Assembly (NCBI GenBank): GCA_964468895.1 | Contig: CAYXWT010000032.1 | Location: forward strand, 1-7,442 | Direction: 5' to 3' | Source of the DNA: an uncultured archaeon | GTDB lineage: Archaea > Iainarchaeota > Iainarchaeia > Iainarchaeales > CSSED10-239 | Length of the DNA: 7,442 nucleotides | Shown here: piece by piece, positions 6,829 to 7,442 of the stretch | Layout: each line of letters opens with the position of its first letter | Position numbering within the stretch: position 1 is the stretch's first letter | Notes under the pieces: model-generated | The model's database searches: none | What the model saw: the letters and a program-made list of their open reading frames with translations, nothing else | What the model was told of the DNA's origin: nothing | Made by a program: the position numbers and the translations under genes

Positions 6829-7033
6829 TAACAATATTATTCTTTTTTTAAAATTAGTTTTATGAGATATAAGTAGATAATTTGTCAATTTAAAGTAAAA
6901 TTGATTTCATCTTAGACTATTAGTATTAGAAACTTAAATAATTACAAAAACTTATACCTTATATTGCTGATCTTCTTCTATAGTACTTATTCCACATTTC
7001 TACTGAAATAGCTGATGTTTTGTTTTAGGTATC
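6802..7033. repeat. Direct repeat, copy A of an imperfect tandem duplication of about 380 bp (visible portion)
   Basis: 6802-7033 aligns with 7182-7442. The match starts at acattatttattaaaaaatataat, which is the last codons of the membrane gene. It includes a 62-nt block with zero differences (6841-6902 = 7233-7294). It then continues into the 23S 3' end with about 8 substitutions and 3 small indels. Confidence 0.9.
6827..6849 (+). terminator. Hairpin plus T7 tract immediately after the 6070-6828 stop codon
   Basis: AATAA (6827-6831) and TTATT (6837-6841) flank the loop CAATA and are followed by C and TTTTTTT (6843-6849). Oligo-T tracts are the main archaeal termination signal. Confidence 0.45.
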
Positions 7034-7181
7034 TTTAAGCTTAGATGCTTTTAGCTCTTATTAGATACAATATAGCTATCTAATAGCACTTTATCAGACA
7101 ACTAGTGTGCATGAAACTACGACTAATCGTTCCTCTAGTACTAAACATATATTTCTTAACATAACTAATTAGATATAGATT
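6903..7181 (-). pseudogene. Orphan 3'-terminal fragment of 23S rRNA (about the last 280-300 nt, domain VI), probably non-functional
   Basis: The reverse complement contains AGTACTAGAGGAAC (7129-7142), the sarcin-ricin loop motif. It also contains GATAGCTA and GCTAAAAGCATCTAAGC (7039-7055; compare E. coli GCUGAAAGCAUCUAAGC). The 3'-terminal ATACTAATAGTCTAAGATGAAATC matches GUACUAAUGAACCGUGAGGCUUAACC. All are in the same order and spacing as E. coli 23S from about 2605 to 2904. Homology is cut off at 7181/7182 by the start of repeat copy B, so the fragment has no 5' continuation. Confidence 0.8.
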
Positions 7182-7442
7182 ACATTATTTATTAAAAAAT
7201 ATAATAAATAATAATAACAATATTATTATTATTCTTTTTTTAAAATTAGTTTTATGAGATATAAGTAGATAATTTGTCAATTTAAAGTAAAATTAATTTC
7301 CTAGATTTTATTTGATTTCATCTTGGACTATTAATATTAGAAAACTTAAATAATCATAAAAACTTATACCTTATATTGCTGATATTCTTCTATAGTACTT
7401 GTTCCACATTTCTACTGATGGCTGGTGTTTTGTTTTAGTATC
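7182..7442. repeat. Direct repeat, copy B of the tandem duplication (runs off the window)
   Basis: Same alignment as copy A. Relative to copy A, copy B has two 6-nt insertions (aaataa and tattat, in 7207-7233) and a 19-nt insertion (7295-7313). It also carries an orphan copy of the CDS tail reading TLFIKKYNK-stop. Confidence 0.9.
7314..7442 (-). rRNA. 3' end of a 23S rRNA gene, partial (continues beyond the window end)
   Basis: About 91 percent identical to 6903-7033, which is anchored as the 23S 3' terminus by the motifs listed for copy A. By tandem-duplication logic, this copy is the one contiguous with the rest of the gene. Confidence 0.75.

Noticed and set aside
6883-6888. TTGACA (bacterial -35-like hexamer) on the minus strand in the conserved spacer
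   Set aside because: The context is archaeal and no appropriately spaced -10 was evident. It is probably coincidental in AT-rich sequence.
1-7442. Alternative genetic code, CRISPR arrays, transposases or integrases
   Set aside because: All long ORFs are intact under the standard code and contain Trp at plausible positions. No regularly spaced repeats were seen. No ORF shows integrase, transposase or Cas-like motifs by eye.

Overview
This is an extremely AT-rich, gene-dense segment that I read as archaeal. Three things support that: a canonical box C/D sRNA with an archaeal-type TATA box about 26 nt upstream, a large-subunit rRNA whose sarcin-ricin motif ends GGAAC, and a tRNA without encoded CCA. 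A small-genome or DPANN-like lineage is only a guess. RNA genes stand out as GC-richer islands.

Layout from left to right:
- 48-138 (-): a decayed tRNA-Met-like remnant.
- 345-1610 (-): a gene for a signal-anchored, beta-rich surface protein.
- 1916-1989 (-): an intact tRNA with anticodon CAT.
- 2089-2769 (-): a divergent RpiA-fold gene whose catalytic and phosphate-binding motifs look eroded.
- 2871-2945 (+): a box C/D sRNA not covered by any ORF.
- 2978-5426 (-): a four-gene co-oriented cluster. It encodes an elongated UPF0175-like HTH protein, an elongated COG2405/DUF3368-like PIN protein, a winged-helix-like protein and a small TM plus coiled-coil protein.
- 5542-6828 (+): a divergent two-gene membrane operon.
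- From 6802 to the window end: an imperfect tandem duplication of about 380 bp. It runs from the last 27 nt of the membrane gene into the 3' domain of a minus-strand 23S rRNA. The result is an orphan 23S 3' fragment (about 6903-7181) followed by a second 23S 3' end that runs off the window.

I saw no CRISPR array, integrase or transposase. All family assignments are by-eye motif recognition, and none was checked against a database.
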